Part shown: positions 35,782-45,474 of the stretch, piece after piece
Layout of the letters: each line of letters opens with the position of its first letter
Position numbering within the stretch: position 1 is the first letter of the stretch
From: Escherichia phage alia
Direction: 5' to 3' (one strand)
Sequence record: NC_052655.1
Length of the DNA stretch: 64,000 bases
The notes under the pieces: model-generated
Seen by the model: the letters and a program-made list of their open reading frames with translations, nothing else
The model's database searches: none
What the model was told of the DNA's origin: nothing
Translations under genes and position numbers: made by a program

Positions 35782-36729
35782 TTAGAAACAGTGCAGGAAG
35801 TTTCGACCATACTGCAAACCAATAGGAGCAAATGGGATATCATCATCGAAATCTTGAACAACAGGTTCTGGTTCTTTCGGTGCTGGCTCTTTCTTCTCTA
35901 CTTTTTTAGTTTCTTTCTTAACTTCTTGTACCGGGGTAGACATTCCACGGATAGCAGCAGCTACTTTATCAGACAAAGCAAGAACTTCACGAGCAGCTTC
36001 AATAATCTCTTCTGCCGTTACAGTTTTACCTGTATGATCACGACAAGCGTTAAGAATTGCGTGTCCAACTGAAGCACCAAGATCATAGTCAGTCACATCA
36101 ACGCCACGATCTTTAGCAATTTCTGCTTTCAGAGTAACAGTTGCAGATTGTACCACACCAGCCAAGTCGAAAGCATCACCTTTCACACCAGCACGTAGAA
36201 GCTCCAGAGCGCCGTTTACAGCGTGTCCTGTTTCAATCCCTACGGTATCACGTTTTTTGTAGTTAGGCTTGCTACCTTCGTTATTAGATGGCTTATTTCC
36301 ACCTTTTGAAGAAGATTGTGCTTGCTGAACACCTTCTGTTGAAAGAATAGTGATTTTACCTTTAGAGGAATTGTAGTATGTTTTGCCATTCCATTCAGAA
36401 GGTTTAACATCCATAGTTAGTTCTACACCTTTTTCGATAGTAACCCACTTATCACCATCTTTAACTTGCAGGTTTTCATGTTCTGGGTGCAGTTTAACTT
36501 CACCTAGGCTAACCCAAACACCTTTATCATCAGCACCAGCACCTTTCTCTTTAATAAGCAGGGATGCTTTGTGAGTTGATTCAATTTTCTTATCTGGCTG
36601 ACCTGCAACCTTAATATAAGAGACTTTCATTTCATCAAACTTATCCAGTTTGACATATTCAACGATACCTTCAGCCCAGAATGCTTCTTTTTTAGTACGA
36701 CGGTCGATTTCAGAATTAATTACTGGCAT
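35782..36729 (-). CDS. putative ssDNA-binding protein with SSB-like acidic motif (DFDDDIPF)
   Basis: 315 aa; DFDDDIPF matches the E. coli SSB C-terminal tip but here is followed by 15 more residues (APIGLQYGRNFLHCF); Lys/Pro/Glu-rich linker precedes it. Confidence 0.45.
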   Translation of the reverse strand: MPVINSEIDRRTKKEAFWAEGIVEYVKLDKFDEMKVSYIKVAGQPDKKIESTHKASLLIKEKGAGADDKGVWVSLGEVKLHPEHENLQVKDGDKWVTIEKGVELTMDVKPSEWNGKTYYNSSKGKITILSTEGVQQAQSSSKGGNKPSNNEGSKPNYKKRDTVGIETGHAVNGALELLRAGVKGDAFDLAGVVQSATVTLKAEIAKDRGVDVTDYDLGASVGHAILNACRDHTGKTVTAEEIIEAAREVLALSDKVAAAIRGMSTPVQEVKKETKKVEKKEPAPKEPEPVVQDFDDDIPFAPIGLQYGRNFLHCF

Positions 36730-36745
36730 AAATTCTCCTCTATAA

Positions 36746-37144
36746 TTACATTACTTTAACACAAAACTCTCGTAAAAGAGTAGCGTCAGTTTCTTCCAAC
36801 AGGTATTTACCAAGACCAATACCAAATCCTATTTCACCACTTTCGAAATGGAGGATTTGTATCTTTTCTCCACCAAGGTTAATTACTTTTGCTTTTCCAG
36901 GATTATCCAAAACATCTCGTATTGTATCCTGTAGTAGCATTAGTTCACGCTTTGTGATAGTGGTTTCAGATATCTCTTTGTTTTCTACCCTCACTGTTAA
37001 ACGATTGTATCCACCAAAGAGACATAGTATTTGAATAAAAAAGGTATTATCTTGAGGTTCAACATCTTTTTTAGTTAGCTCAAGACGATTAGTTTCTCTA
37101 CTGTAGAACGTCTCGACTAAGATTTTAGAACGATTATCTGTCAT
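36746..37144 (-). CDS. hypothetical protein
   Basis: 132 aa ORF in the replication block. Confidence 0.5.
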   Translation of the reverse strand: MTDNRSKILVETFYSRETNRLELTKKDVEPQDNTFFIQILCLFGGYNRLTVRVENKEISETTITKRELMLLQDTIRDVLDNPGKAKVINLGGEKIQILHFESGEIGFGIGLGKYLLEETDATLLREFCVKVM

Positions 37145-37187
37145 TCAAGTCCTCATAATAACACATAATTATAATGTTTGTCAACAC

Positions 37188-37802
37188 TTAAATCTTAAAT
37201 TCTTCGTTGTTAAATGAATCCAGTGTACGTACTTCTGGTTCTTTGGGAATGAAAACGTCTTTTACAAAGCGGAACATAGGGAAACGTTCTGCCATTTTAC
37301 GGACGTGTGCTTCTTTACCTGTGTATCGGTGATTAATAGTGCAAATATTAGTTTTCAATGCAAAGTCAAAATCTGGATGATATACATAATTTTGACCATC
37401 CCAGTAACACAAGCAAATAGCTACATCAAAGTTCCATACGATTTCACTGCGTACACCTTCTTCCATGATCATAAAGTTAAACTTAAGATCTTTATAGTAT
37501 GCTTCAAATACCCATTTCAAATGTGGTAGTTCGGCATAAGTGTGTTCTGTTTGCTTAGTAAGTTGTTTAACATTACGTGCACCAACACCCAACATCAAAA
37601 ATTTCTCTACTAGTACGAGTGTATTGTGGTTAGGCATACGCAAGTAAATGTCAATATCTTGCGCAGGTTTCTCTAATCGCCAGTCACGTACAGCGCCGCC
37701 AGCTACAATTGCAAACGGATCTACCAGTTGGCACATACGTAATACTTCTAAAGCTCGTACTTTTTGATCTTCAATATTCATATTTTCTCCTATCGTGTCC
37801 AC
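37188..37802 (-). CDS. nucleotidyltransferase, CCA-adding-enzyme-like head domain (Pol beta superfamily)
   Basis: 204 aa; motif AIVAGGAVRDWRLEKPAQDIDIYL resembles the GGAVRD...D.D signature of class II tRNA nucleotidyltransferases / poly(A) polymerases. Confidence 0.5.
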   Translation of the reverse strand: MDTIGENMNIEDQKVRALEVLRMCQLVDPFAIVAGGAVRDWRLEKPAQDIDIYLRMPNHNTLVLVEKFLMLGVGARNVKQLTKQTEHTYAELPHLKWVFEAYYKDLKFNFMIMEEGVRSEIVWNFDVAICLCYWDGQNYVYHPDFDFALKTNICTINHRYTGKEAHVRKMAERFPMFRFVKDVFIPKEPEVRTLDSFNNEEFKI

Positions 37803-38386
37803 TCTTTATGTTGTTCTACATGCTCAAGCATTTCATTATACAGTGCTTTAAGATGTGGAACAACTCTTTCATCTTCAGTTTCAAAGAATTTTGTAAGCTG
37901 TTCTGCCTTAGCTTTCAACCAGCAAAGATGCGCTTCAATTTCAGTATTAAAACGTCCCAGTGTTATAACACGTCCATCACGTTGAATATGGGCTTTATAC
38001 TTTTTACGATCTTTTTCGTAACTACATCCTACCATAGTCCCATGAGATCTTTTACTTACTCTATAAGCTAAGAACTTGTTAAGATCTCCTGTTACTAAAA
38101 GACAGGTATCGGGAGAGTAAACTCTCCCTCCTATAATATCTTTATCAAGTTCTAAGTTTTCCCAGTTATCCCAAGTTTGCAACCAGGAGTAGAAATTGGA
38201 GAACAGTTTCCATTCTTCACAAACCGTCACCCCATTATAACAAGGATCACGTTCTTGTTGACAAGGGGAGTAACACCTCCCCAACATAGCCATCCATTTC
38301 ATATAATGCGGCGTTAGTTTCTTACTACCAGGTAGCGTACTCTCGCCTTCCAAATCATTAATACCTTCACCATATACGGTAAGCAT
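37790..38386 (-). CDS. putative homing endonuclease-like protein with AP2-type DNA-binding domain
   Basis: 198 aa; N-terminal Y..W..M..RC....Y pattern (HYMKWMAMLGRCYSPC...CEEW) and C-terminal AP2-like segment (GCSYEKDRKKYKAHIQRDGRVITLGRFNTEIEAHLCW), as seen in free-standing phage homing endonucleases. Confidence 0.45.
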   Translation of the reverse strand: MLTVYGEGINDLEGESTLPGSKKLTPHYMKWMAMLGRCYSPCQQERDPCYNGVTVCEEWKLFSNFYSWLQTWDNWENLELDKDIIGGRVYSPDTCLLVTGDLNKFLAYRVSKRSHGTMVGCSYEKDRKKYKAHIQRDGRVITLGRFNTEIEAHLCWLKAKAEQLTKFFETEDERVVPHLKALYNEMLEHVEQHKEWTR

Positions 38387-38413
38387 AAAAACTCCTTTAA
38401 AATCAAAGAGATG

Positions 38414-40993
38414 TCAGTGACAAGACGCCCATGAGTTACCAACATCGTAACCAGCAGTGAGAGGTACATTAAGATTGTAATACTCACCAGCTTTATTAAC
38501 AGCGATAGATGCTAATTCTCCAGCACGACTGTAGGCTGTAAACCAACCACCTTTCGGAGATTCATGTACGTTAGCCCAAATCTTGCCAGTACGTTTCTCT
38601 TCCTCTTCTTTCCAGGCATTAACTTTATCCAAACATTCTTTATCAATTTTCTTTTGTTCTTCTGGATCATCAACTTGAGTCCAACCTAAAGATTCTTTAG
38701 AGAACCATTTAAAATGCACTAGATCACGAGTAACTTCAAGCTGTGCTTCATCGTGATATGCAATCATTTGTTGAACGAATGACTTATTTTTCCAGTCATC
38801 AACAAAAAAGTCAACAGCTAATCCTTCTTCTTCGATAAGATCGTCGTAGATAACCATTGCTCTTTTTGCACAAATAACACCACCACTCTGGAACAGAGAG
38901 TTAAGTATTGCGTGTGCAGATCGTGTAGGTACTTTCCTACCATCAATACCAAGAATGTATTTCTTACCTGTTTTAACCCAAAAGTCATGCAGACGTTCTT
39001 TAAGAAGCGCAAGAGGTTTTGCAGCTTCCCAGAAAGCATCGTATACAAGCTGTCCTGTATACATATCACTACCTATAGTTTTTGCTACTTTTGCAGCTTG
39101 AGCACCATAAGTAATACCATACTTAACAGATTTAGCAGGGCTTCGTTCAAACTTACGACCAATAGTGTCAGAAATACGTCGAGCCATCATTGTATGAACA
39201 TCATTAGGTTTTTCCAATAATAGAGCATTACAATATTCGTGTGGTTCCTGCTCGTACCGCCAACAGTAGTGCGATTCTATTTTTGCCTCAAGAGAATCAA
39301 AGTCATAACCAATTTGGAAGTATTTTGGAACTTCTACACCAAATAAGTTACGCATTTCATATCCGTACAGAGATGTTACACGTGGGATATTTGCTACTAA
39401 CCTATGTTTCATACGAGACGTAGCTGCATCACACGTTGCAGCAGGAGTTGGTATACGACCATCAGCCCTTACTGCTGCCAGATAACCTTTATCGTAATCT
39501 TCTTCATCTTCTTCCCAATCAGCACCACCCCCTAGAATAGAGTTCCTACGGTGTTTATACGTAAGATACTGCACAATCTGCGTAGCATAAGGAAACTTTT
39601 CACCTAGTGCTTCCAAGTTAGGACAAATATCTTTCTCTTGCCCTTTTGTAAAGGAAGGGTTAGTAAGCACTTTAACACCACGACCTTTAGCTTTAGCAAT
39701 ACGATCTCTTAGTTTCCATTCCAAAGTTTCTGGTGTGCACTCCAGATGATCACATCTGTCCTGGCAAAAGTTAGATGCTAACGTTTGATCAACATAATCA
39801 CGAATAGCTTTCTCCATTTGTGCTTCATCTTTCTTAATCTTAGTGCCAGATTTAAGAGTGATATCTTTATCTTTATATTCAGATGGACTCCAACCTAAAC
39901 CAACTAACCAGTTTTTAATATGTGTAGTGTCGTCTAAAGTAGCAGGTACTGTAGGATCACAAATAGGTTCTTCTGCTGGAATAGGTAGTTTAAACTCTTT
40001 ACCTAGTGCAAATAACCACCAACCATCTTCTTTTTGTACAAGTTCACCAGAATGTTTCTCTGCAAACTTTATCATGTTACTTGAAGGTTCACCATTCTTT
40101 TTAAACTGTAGTTTAGGTGGAATGAATGATTTCAAATAACCTTTAGTAGCAGGTTTAGGAGGTAGCACAGGTTCTGCCTCTAAACGACATGCTTCCATTC
40201 GAGCATCCAGATCACGAATATTATCTTCTGCTTGTTTCATGTTGAAAGCAAAGCCACGGTGCTCTTGACGTGTAATAATATCAGCTACACGTTGTTCTAA
40301 GTTAAATGGTTCAGACCACTTATTATAATCACCCCACTCTTCCATCAAATAACGGAACACTGCGGTGTTAGCTTTGTTATCGTAAATACAGTAATACAGC
40401 ATATCTGCTGCAAATGTTTTAAATCTTTCAGTTTCAGGAATGTTTTTTCTAAAATCAATTTTAACATCCCCTCCAGCTTTCTTAGATAACTCTGCCAGAC
40501 TATGACCACCGAAGCGATCAGGGTTTAGTGTCTTACTTAAGATCATAGTATCACAAATTTCAATGTTACTATTACCCCAAGTATTGTACTTAATACTGTA
40601 GTTGAGTTTAAAAAATAATTTAATTGCCAGTAAGTCAAAGTTAATGATGTTATGTCCAACTACTTTGGTAATTTTATAGTTTGAATTACCTTTAAATTTA
40701 CCTGTTCCATTTACAAAATCAGGAAAATCTTTAAGAGGGAAATGGGTATATTCTAAATGCTCATATTCCTCCAGTCGGTATTCATACTTTCCGTCAGTCT
40801 CAACATACGGACGACCATCGAAAAGATATTTATCACCATCATGGAAAGCAATAATCTCTCCAGTATCATGACTTTCGCACACAATACAGTGCATTGCAAA
40901 ACTATCTTTTAAACGATATGGACTTGCCAAGTAATCTACACTTTCGTCATTAAGCAAGTTGTTACTTTCAATGTCGAAAGTAAAAGCTCCCAT
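38414..40993 (-). CDS. DNA polymerase, family A, with 3'-5' exonuclease domain
   Basis: 859 aa with AAGGAGGGAGA SD. Exo I motif FDIESNNL; motif A-like YDFDSLEAKIESHY; motif B KSVKYGITYGAQAAK; motif C YHDEAQLE. Confidence 0.85.
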   Translation of the reverse strand: MGAFTFDIESNNLLNDESVDYLASPYRLKDSFAMHCIVCESHDTGEIIAFHDGDKYLFDGRPYVETDGKYEYRLEEYEHLEYTHFPLKDFPDFVNGTGKFKGNSNYKITKVVGHNIINFDLLAIKLFFKLNYSIKYNTWGNSNIEICDTMILSKTLNPDRFGGHSLAELSKKAGGDVKIDFRKNIPETERFKTFAADMLYYCIYDNKANTAVFRYLMEEWGDYNKWSEPFNLEQRVADIITRQEHRGFAFNMKQAEDNIRDLDARMEACRLEAEPVLPPKPATKGYLKSFIPPKLQFKKNGEPSSNMIKFAEKHSGELVQKEDGWWLFALGKEFKLPIPAEEPICDPTVPATLDDTTHIKNWLVGLGWSPSEYKDKDITLKSGTKIKKDEAQMEKAIRDYVDQTLASNFCQDRCDHLECTPETLEWKLRDRIAKAKGRGVKVLTNPSFTKGQEKDICPNLEALGEKFPYATQIVQYLTYKHRRNSILGGGADWEEDEEDYDKGYLAAVRADGRIPTPAATCDAATSRMKHRLVANIPRVTSLYGYEMRNLFGVEVPKYFQIGYDFDSLEAKIESHYCWRYEQEPHEYCNALLLEKPNDVHTMMARRISDTIGRKFERSPAKSVKYGITYGAQAAKVAKTIGSDMYTGQLVYDAFWEAAKPLALLKERLHDFWVKTGKKYILGIDGRKVPTRSAHAILNSLFQSGGVICAKRAMVIYDDLIEEEGLAVDFFVDDWKNKSFVQQMIAYHDEAQLEVTRDLVHFKWFSKESLGWTQVDDPEEQKKIDKECLDKVNAWKEEEEKRTGKIWANVHESPKGGWFTAYSRAGELASIAVNKAGEYYNLNVPLTAGYDVGNSWASCH

Positions 40994-41062
40994 TCTCCCT
41001 CCTTAAAATATTTCTAAAGTCTTAATTTGTTAATACTGTACCACAAATTAATTGTTTTGTAA

Positions 41063-41080
41063 AGGGGCTTTCGCCCCTTC
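41063..41080 (-). terminator. hairpin between hypothetical gene and DNA polymerase gene
   Basis: AAAGGGGC-TTTC-GCCCCTT on the plus strand (GAAA loop on the minus strand); inverted copy of the 29713-29730 hairpin core. Confidence 0.45.
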
Positions 41081-41083
41081 TTG

Positions 41084-41479
41084 TTATTTATTGTCAGCAC
41101 TTAGTTGTACTTTAATAAGGCAATTAGGGACACCATTGGTATTTCTCAAGCCTACACGTTCAATTTTAACAGTGCCTGTCAAACCATTAAAAGTGGAAAC
41201 AATGTTATTAATGTTTTCATCCTTACTAGTGATATCAAGAATAACTTTATCACTGACATTTTTCAACATACGATCTACAAGCTCTCCCACAAAACCACTG
41301 GTAGTTTGAATGAGAAGGTATAGACAACCATCCTCAAACCACAAATGTTCACCATAAGCATAACCGTATGGTTCTAATTCCGATCCATCTTGAAATTTAA
41401 ACTTAGCAATAGTTTTCGTATAATCATACGCTAAAGCAGAAGGGCATACCCCATAGAGGATATTTTCGTTGTCTTTCAT
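41084..41479 (-). CDS. hypothetical protein
   Basis: ATG at 41479 preceded by AAGGAGAAA, 11 nt after the primase-helicase stop. The track start at 41608 would overlap the upstream gene by 119 nt. Confidence 0.5.
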   Translation of the reverse strand: MKDNENILYGVCPSALAYDYTKTIAKFKFQDGSELEPYGYAYGEHLWFEDGCLYLLIQTTSGFVGELVDRMLKNVSDKVILDITSKDENINNIVSTFNGLTGTVKIERVGLRNTNGVPNCLIKVQLSADNK

Positions 41480-41489
41480 ATTTTTCTCC

Positions 41490-43262
41490 TTAATAAGAAC
41501 CAGCAGAAATATTTTCTGGGTTACTCGTGTATTGATCGTAATCGTGAAGTGTAGCTGTTTTAATCTCATAGAAGAAACTACCTGCTGCACCAGTCTCTGA
41601 GAACTCACGGTTCTTTAGAATGTAGCAATATGTGCGGTTACGTTCCATAGGATCTTCAGCTTGTTTATCACGCTCCAGCGCAATTGTGATACCAGCACCT
41701 TTAGCAAGGAAGCTACTACCCATTGCATCATCTTCTACAATATGTTCATTACTATTGTTAGAAGACTTTTTAACGTGTGAAATTACAACAATGGTTATTG
41801 CATACTCTTTCATAATGCGTTTGAGCCACGTCGCAAGTTCCTCTTGTTGTGACACGTCCATACCAGAAAGCAAGTCAGAATAAGGGTCGATAACAAGAAT
41901 GGTTACTCCGAAATAAATAATCATTTCCAGAACCTTCTCTTTAATCACATCTACGTTAGCTCCACGATCATCACAAACATAGAAACGTGGTGTTCCATCT
42001 TCTCGTTCGTAAAAATCACGAATCTTTTCTTCATTATCTTTTAAAATCTTTTCCTTCTCTTCTTTTGTTTTACGGTGAAGAGGGATGTGCAAGAATGAAG
42101 ACAGTAAGTTACGAGAATACTTCTTATACGTTGCCTCCAAAGATAAAATACCAAGAGTATGTTCTGGGTGTGCAAGAATAATGTGCTTCGTAATCTCGTT
42201 AACCAACAGTGTCTTACCAATACTTGTTTTTGCAAGTATAACAGTAATTTCTTCTTCTACCAAGCCTCCACCTAACATATTAGAAGCAACACGCATGAAT
42301 GGAGGAAGGGTGATCATTTTAGCTTCCAGGCATTCCAAGGCTGCTTCATACAGTACGTTAGAAGCGTAAACACCAGCAGGTGTGTACAGTTTAGCTTTGA
42401 AAAAGCGATCAATAAAATGATCAATTTTTCCTTCTACTAGTGCCTGGTTAGGATCTTTAACATCCGTTAGTTCCATCACGTAAACTTTATTACGTGGTAA
42501 GATTTTAACACATTTCTCAACTGCTGCACGTCCAGCTTCATCATTATCCATACATAGAACAATCTTTTTAAATTGATCTAAGAATTTATAACGATGTTGA
42601 AGCTGCTTATGCAGAGATGTTTCGCCACAAGTACCAGATACTACAGCAGGAACAGGATATTTACCACCCTTGTTATAATCTTTTAGCATCTGTGTTGCAG
42701 CCAGCATATCGTGTTCACCACCAACGATTAGAATAGTACCGCTGTGGTTACGATATTTAAACTCCCCAAAAAGATCACAATCCTTTCCTGTTTCACCGAT
42801 AGGATGTGAGAAATCTTTTGGATCGATACGTTGTTTATACCCAGCAATATTGTAATCTTTAGTTGTAGGGTATAGTGTTGAAATTACTTCGCCAGTAGCT
42901 TCATCGTACATATAACGTACACCGAAAGGCTTAGAGATATCTTCACGAATACCGCGATAACCTTTTGGATTAGTTCCAGTGCTGGCTTTTAGTTTATCAT
43001 GTACTTCTGGATTAAACTCACTACCCAAGATATCCTCCTCTTCAATTTCTTCGCCGTGTGCATTTAACCATTTTTGATCAGGGATAGTAAAGCCACAAGA
43101 AAAACAATGTGCGCCTCGATGGTCTTCATCGGCATCTAAGCCATATACCATCAAATTGTTTTGTGATCGATCACGCCCTCCTTTCATACAACGAGGACAC
43201 CCAGTATGTCCTTCTTGACTTAGATCAATGTTATACCCATATTTATTTACAACATAAGACAC
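41490..43262 (-). CDS. DNA primase-helicase (T7 gp4-like)
   Basis: 590 aa; GTG start after AGGAGA. N-terminal zinc-finger cysteines (CPRC...HCFSCGF), central primase region, C-terminal Walker A (AKTSIGKT) of a DnaB-like helicase. Confidence 0.8.
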   Translation of the reverse strand: MSYVVNKYGYNIDLSQEGHTGCPRCMKGGRDRSQNNLMVYGLDADEDHRGAHCFSCGFTIPDQKWLNAHGEEIEEEDILGSEFNPEVHDKLKASTGTNPKGYRGIREDISKPFGVRYMYDEATGEVISTLYPTTKDYNIAGYKQRIDPKDFSHPIGETGKDCDLFGEFKYRNHSGTILIVGGEHDMLAATQMLKDYNKGGKYPVPAVVSGTCGETSLHKQLQHRYKFLDQFKKIVLCMDNDEAGRAAVEKCVKILPRNKVYVMELTDVKDPNQALVEGKIDHFIDRFFKAKLYTPAGVYASNVLYEAALECLEAKMITLPPFMRVASNMLGGGLVEEEITVILAKTSIGKTLLVNEITKHIILAHPEHTLGILSLEATYKKYSRNLLSSFLHIPLHRKTKEEKEKILKDNEEKIRDFYEREDGTPRFYVCDDRGANVDVIKEKVLEMIIYFGVTILVIDPYSDLLSGMDVSQQEELATWLKRIMKEYAITIVVISHVKKSSNNSNEHIVEDDAMGSSFLAKGAGITIALERDKQAEDPMERNRTYCYILKNREFSETGAAGSFFYEIKTATLHDYDQYTSNPENISAGSY

Positions 43263-43274
43263 ATGATTCTCCTA

Positions 43275-43544
43275 CTAAAATGATTCGTTTGTCTCCATAA
43301 TATATTGCATTTCCAAATCTTCCATATGTTTCTTAAATTGGTAAACAATTTCCGATGGGGAAATATCTATATCAAAAAGTTCTTTTGTACCAGAATAAAA
43401 CCTAATACCATCAACAATAAGACCACCATAATAATCCCAATCACTTTCTCGTGAGAAAGGATTAGGTTCTTCATAATAGTAATCTACTTCAACAATAATA
43501 GGTTCTTTATTATCTTGTTTATACTCAAAATCAAAAGTGTTCAT
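43275..43544 (-). CDS. hypothetical protein
   Basis: 89 aa; start overlaps the upstream stop (TAATG). Confidence 0.5.
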   Translation of the reverse strand: MNTFDFEYKQDNKEPIIVEVDYYYEEPNPFSRESDWDYYGGLIVDGIRFYSGTKELFDIDISPSEIVYQFKKHMEDLEMQYIMETNESF

Positions 43545-44488
43545 TATAAATCCTCGATAAGCAGTCTGCGGGTTTCATTTAAATCATCAATATTGTAGTT
43601 ATCTCTTACATACTTAGCAAGAGCCAATCCTTTCTCAATACAAACATCAGGAGATTCGATTAAGTATTCTACAATATCTTTCCACTCTTTAACTGAATCA
43701 GCAAAGAAGATTAGATCTTTAAATTCTTCAGTATAATAGTTCTCTCGTGGCGAACAAACGAGTGGCAAACCTTTAGCACCAGCTTCAAGAATTTTTAAAT
43801 TACTTTTGGCATTATTAAAATGATTATTTACTAATGGAGCTATGGAGATTTGATGACCATCGTATGCTTCCATATAACACTCATAAGGACGAATACCTTC
43901 ATAAACACAATCTGGTTGAATATTTTCTTTAATTTGCAACCATTGAGCACTACTTAACTCTTCATGATCTCTACGAAATCCACATAAAGTTAAATCTTTA
44001 CCAAAATCAGGAAGAATTGCTAAATCATGTTTATGTGTTTCACTTCCCGCCCAAACCAGTGGACTTTTAGAATAACGGTCTTTCGTAAGAACAAACTGTC
44101 CTTCATCAAAAGGTAATCCGTTAGGCACAATATGTACATTATCATTGTATTGGCTTAATTCAACCTTTAATGCTGGAGTTGTTGTAGTTACAAGATCGCT
44201 TCTTTCAAGGAACCATTTTAGATCATCTCGGATTTGATTTTCAAATAATCCTTCAAGCATATGCCCTTCAGGAATAATTAAAGAATCATCCAGATCCATT
44301 ACCAATTTAAACCCAAGTTGTTTAAGAGCCAGGAAACCTGGCTTTCCACGTGTTGGTACTCCATTGAACACAAAAATATTATGCTTAGGATTAATGGTCA
44401 GTTTGCGTTTATATGGCAAAATGATCCTATGAAAATCACATACACTATACTTTTCATTTCCGCGTGTGTCAAGAATAATATTAGGCAT
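43544..44488 (-). CDS. glycosyltransferase (GT-B-like), paralog 1
   Basis: 314 aa; AAGGAG SD. Shares motifs PYDEGQFVLTKDR and YDGHQISIAPLVNNHFNNAKSNLKILEAGAKGLP with the adjacent paralog; the E....A.A.G.P segment resembles GT-B nucleotide-sugar-binding regions. Confidence 0.55.
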   Translation of the reverse strand: MPNIILDTRGNEKYSVCDFHRIILPYKRKLTINPKHNIFVFNGVPTRGKPGFLALKQLGFKLVMDLDDSLIIPEGHMLEGLFENQIRDDLKWFLERSDLVTTTTPALKVELSQYNDNVHIVPNGLPFDEGQFVLTKDRYSKSPLVWAGSETHKHDLAILPDFGKDLTLCGFRRDHEELSSAQWLQIKENIQPDCVYEGIRPYECYMEAYDGHQISIAPLVNNHFNNAKSNLKILEAGAKGLPLVCSPRENYYTEEFKDLIFFADSVKEWKDIVEYLIESPDVCIEKGLALAKYVRDNYNIDDLNETRRLLIEDL

Positions 44489-44499
44489 ATAACTCCTTG

Positions 44500-45474
44500 T
44501 TAAAGACTTTCAATAACTTGACGACGCAGTTCATTGGCATCTGCAAGATTATAATTAAGACGAACGTGTTCTGCAAGCATCATACCACGATCTTCTGTGT
44601 ATCTAGGGTTCCTCATTAGCTTGACAACTTCATAATGCCAAGATGCTTTAGAGTCTGCATAGATAACAGCCTTTGCATCTACCGGATTGAAGTACGGCAG
44701 CACAGGAGAACAGATAATAGGAAGACCCTTTGCACCTGCTTCCAAAATCTTCAAATTGCTTTTACAGTTGTTGAAGTCATTATCTACCAGGGGAGCAATT
44801 GCAATACTGTGACCGTCATACACAGACATATACTCACCTAAATTTTTAATAGCTGGTTTATACTGTGCATTTGGAATTTTACGTTTTATTTTAACCCACT
44901 CCGCAGTAGTTAGATACTGACTATTATTTCCAACAGGTGCAGAAGGATACACTTCATACCCTGCAATTGTCAATAGTGTATCATCAAATGTATTAGCTAC
45001 AAGAGATAAATCAGGCTCATGGCTTGCTCCTCCAGCCCAGATAATAGGTGTGTCAGAACTACGGTCTTTTGTCAAAGTAAATTGACCTTCGTCGTAAGGT
45101 AGTGCGTTTCTAATTACGACAACATTACGATTTAAATGACGAATTTTGTAAGCTAGGTATTCTGTTGTTACAGTAACAACATCTGCTAACTTAACCATCT
45201 CTACAATAGTCTTTGAATGATTAGTAAATACGCCAGCCATATAATGTTCAGGATTAAGTGAATAAAAATCATCTAAATCAACAATAATCTTAACACCTTG
45301 TGCCTTCAGGCGTTTAACCTCGTCTGCTCCACGAGAATACACTCTATTAAAAACTAAAACGTCTTTCTTAGGTTTAAACGTATTTCCAGCAAATGGCATT
45401 ACAATACGATGGTAATCACAACCACTGCCTAACTTATTATCACACTTAAGTACAGGAGTATTAGGATTTACCAT
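44500..45474 (-). CDS. glycosyltransferase (GT-B-like), paralog 2
   Basis: ATG at 45474 preceded by GAGGAGG; this start aligns with the paralog N-terminus (the track start at 45513 has no SD). Confidence 0.55.
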   Translation of the reverse strand: MVNPNTPVLKCDNKLGSGCDYHRIVMPFAGNTFKPKKDVLVFNRVYSRGADEVKRLKAQGVKIIVDLDDFYSLNPEHYMAGVFTNHSKTIVEMVKLADVVTVTTEYLAYKIRHLNRNVVVIRNALPYDEGQFTLTKDRSSDTPIIWAGGASHEPDLSLVANTFDDTLLTIAGYEVYPSAPVGNNSQYLTTAEWVKIKRKIPNAQYKPAIKNLGEYMSVYDGHSIAIAPLVDNDFNNCKSNLKILEAGAKGLPIICSPVLPYFNPVDAKAVIYADSKASWHYEVVKLMRNPRYTEDRGMMLAEHVRLNYNLADANELRRQVIESL

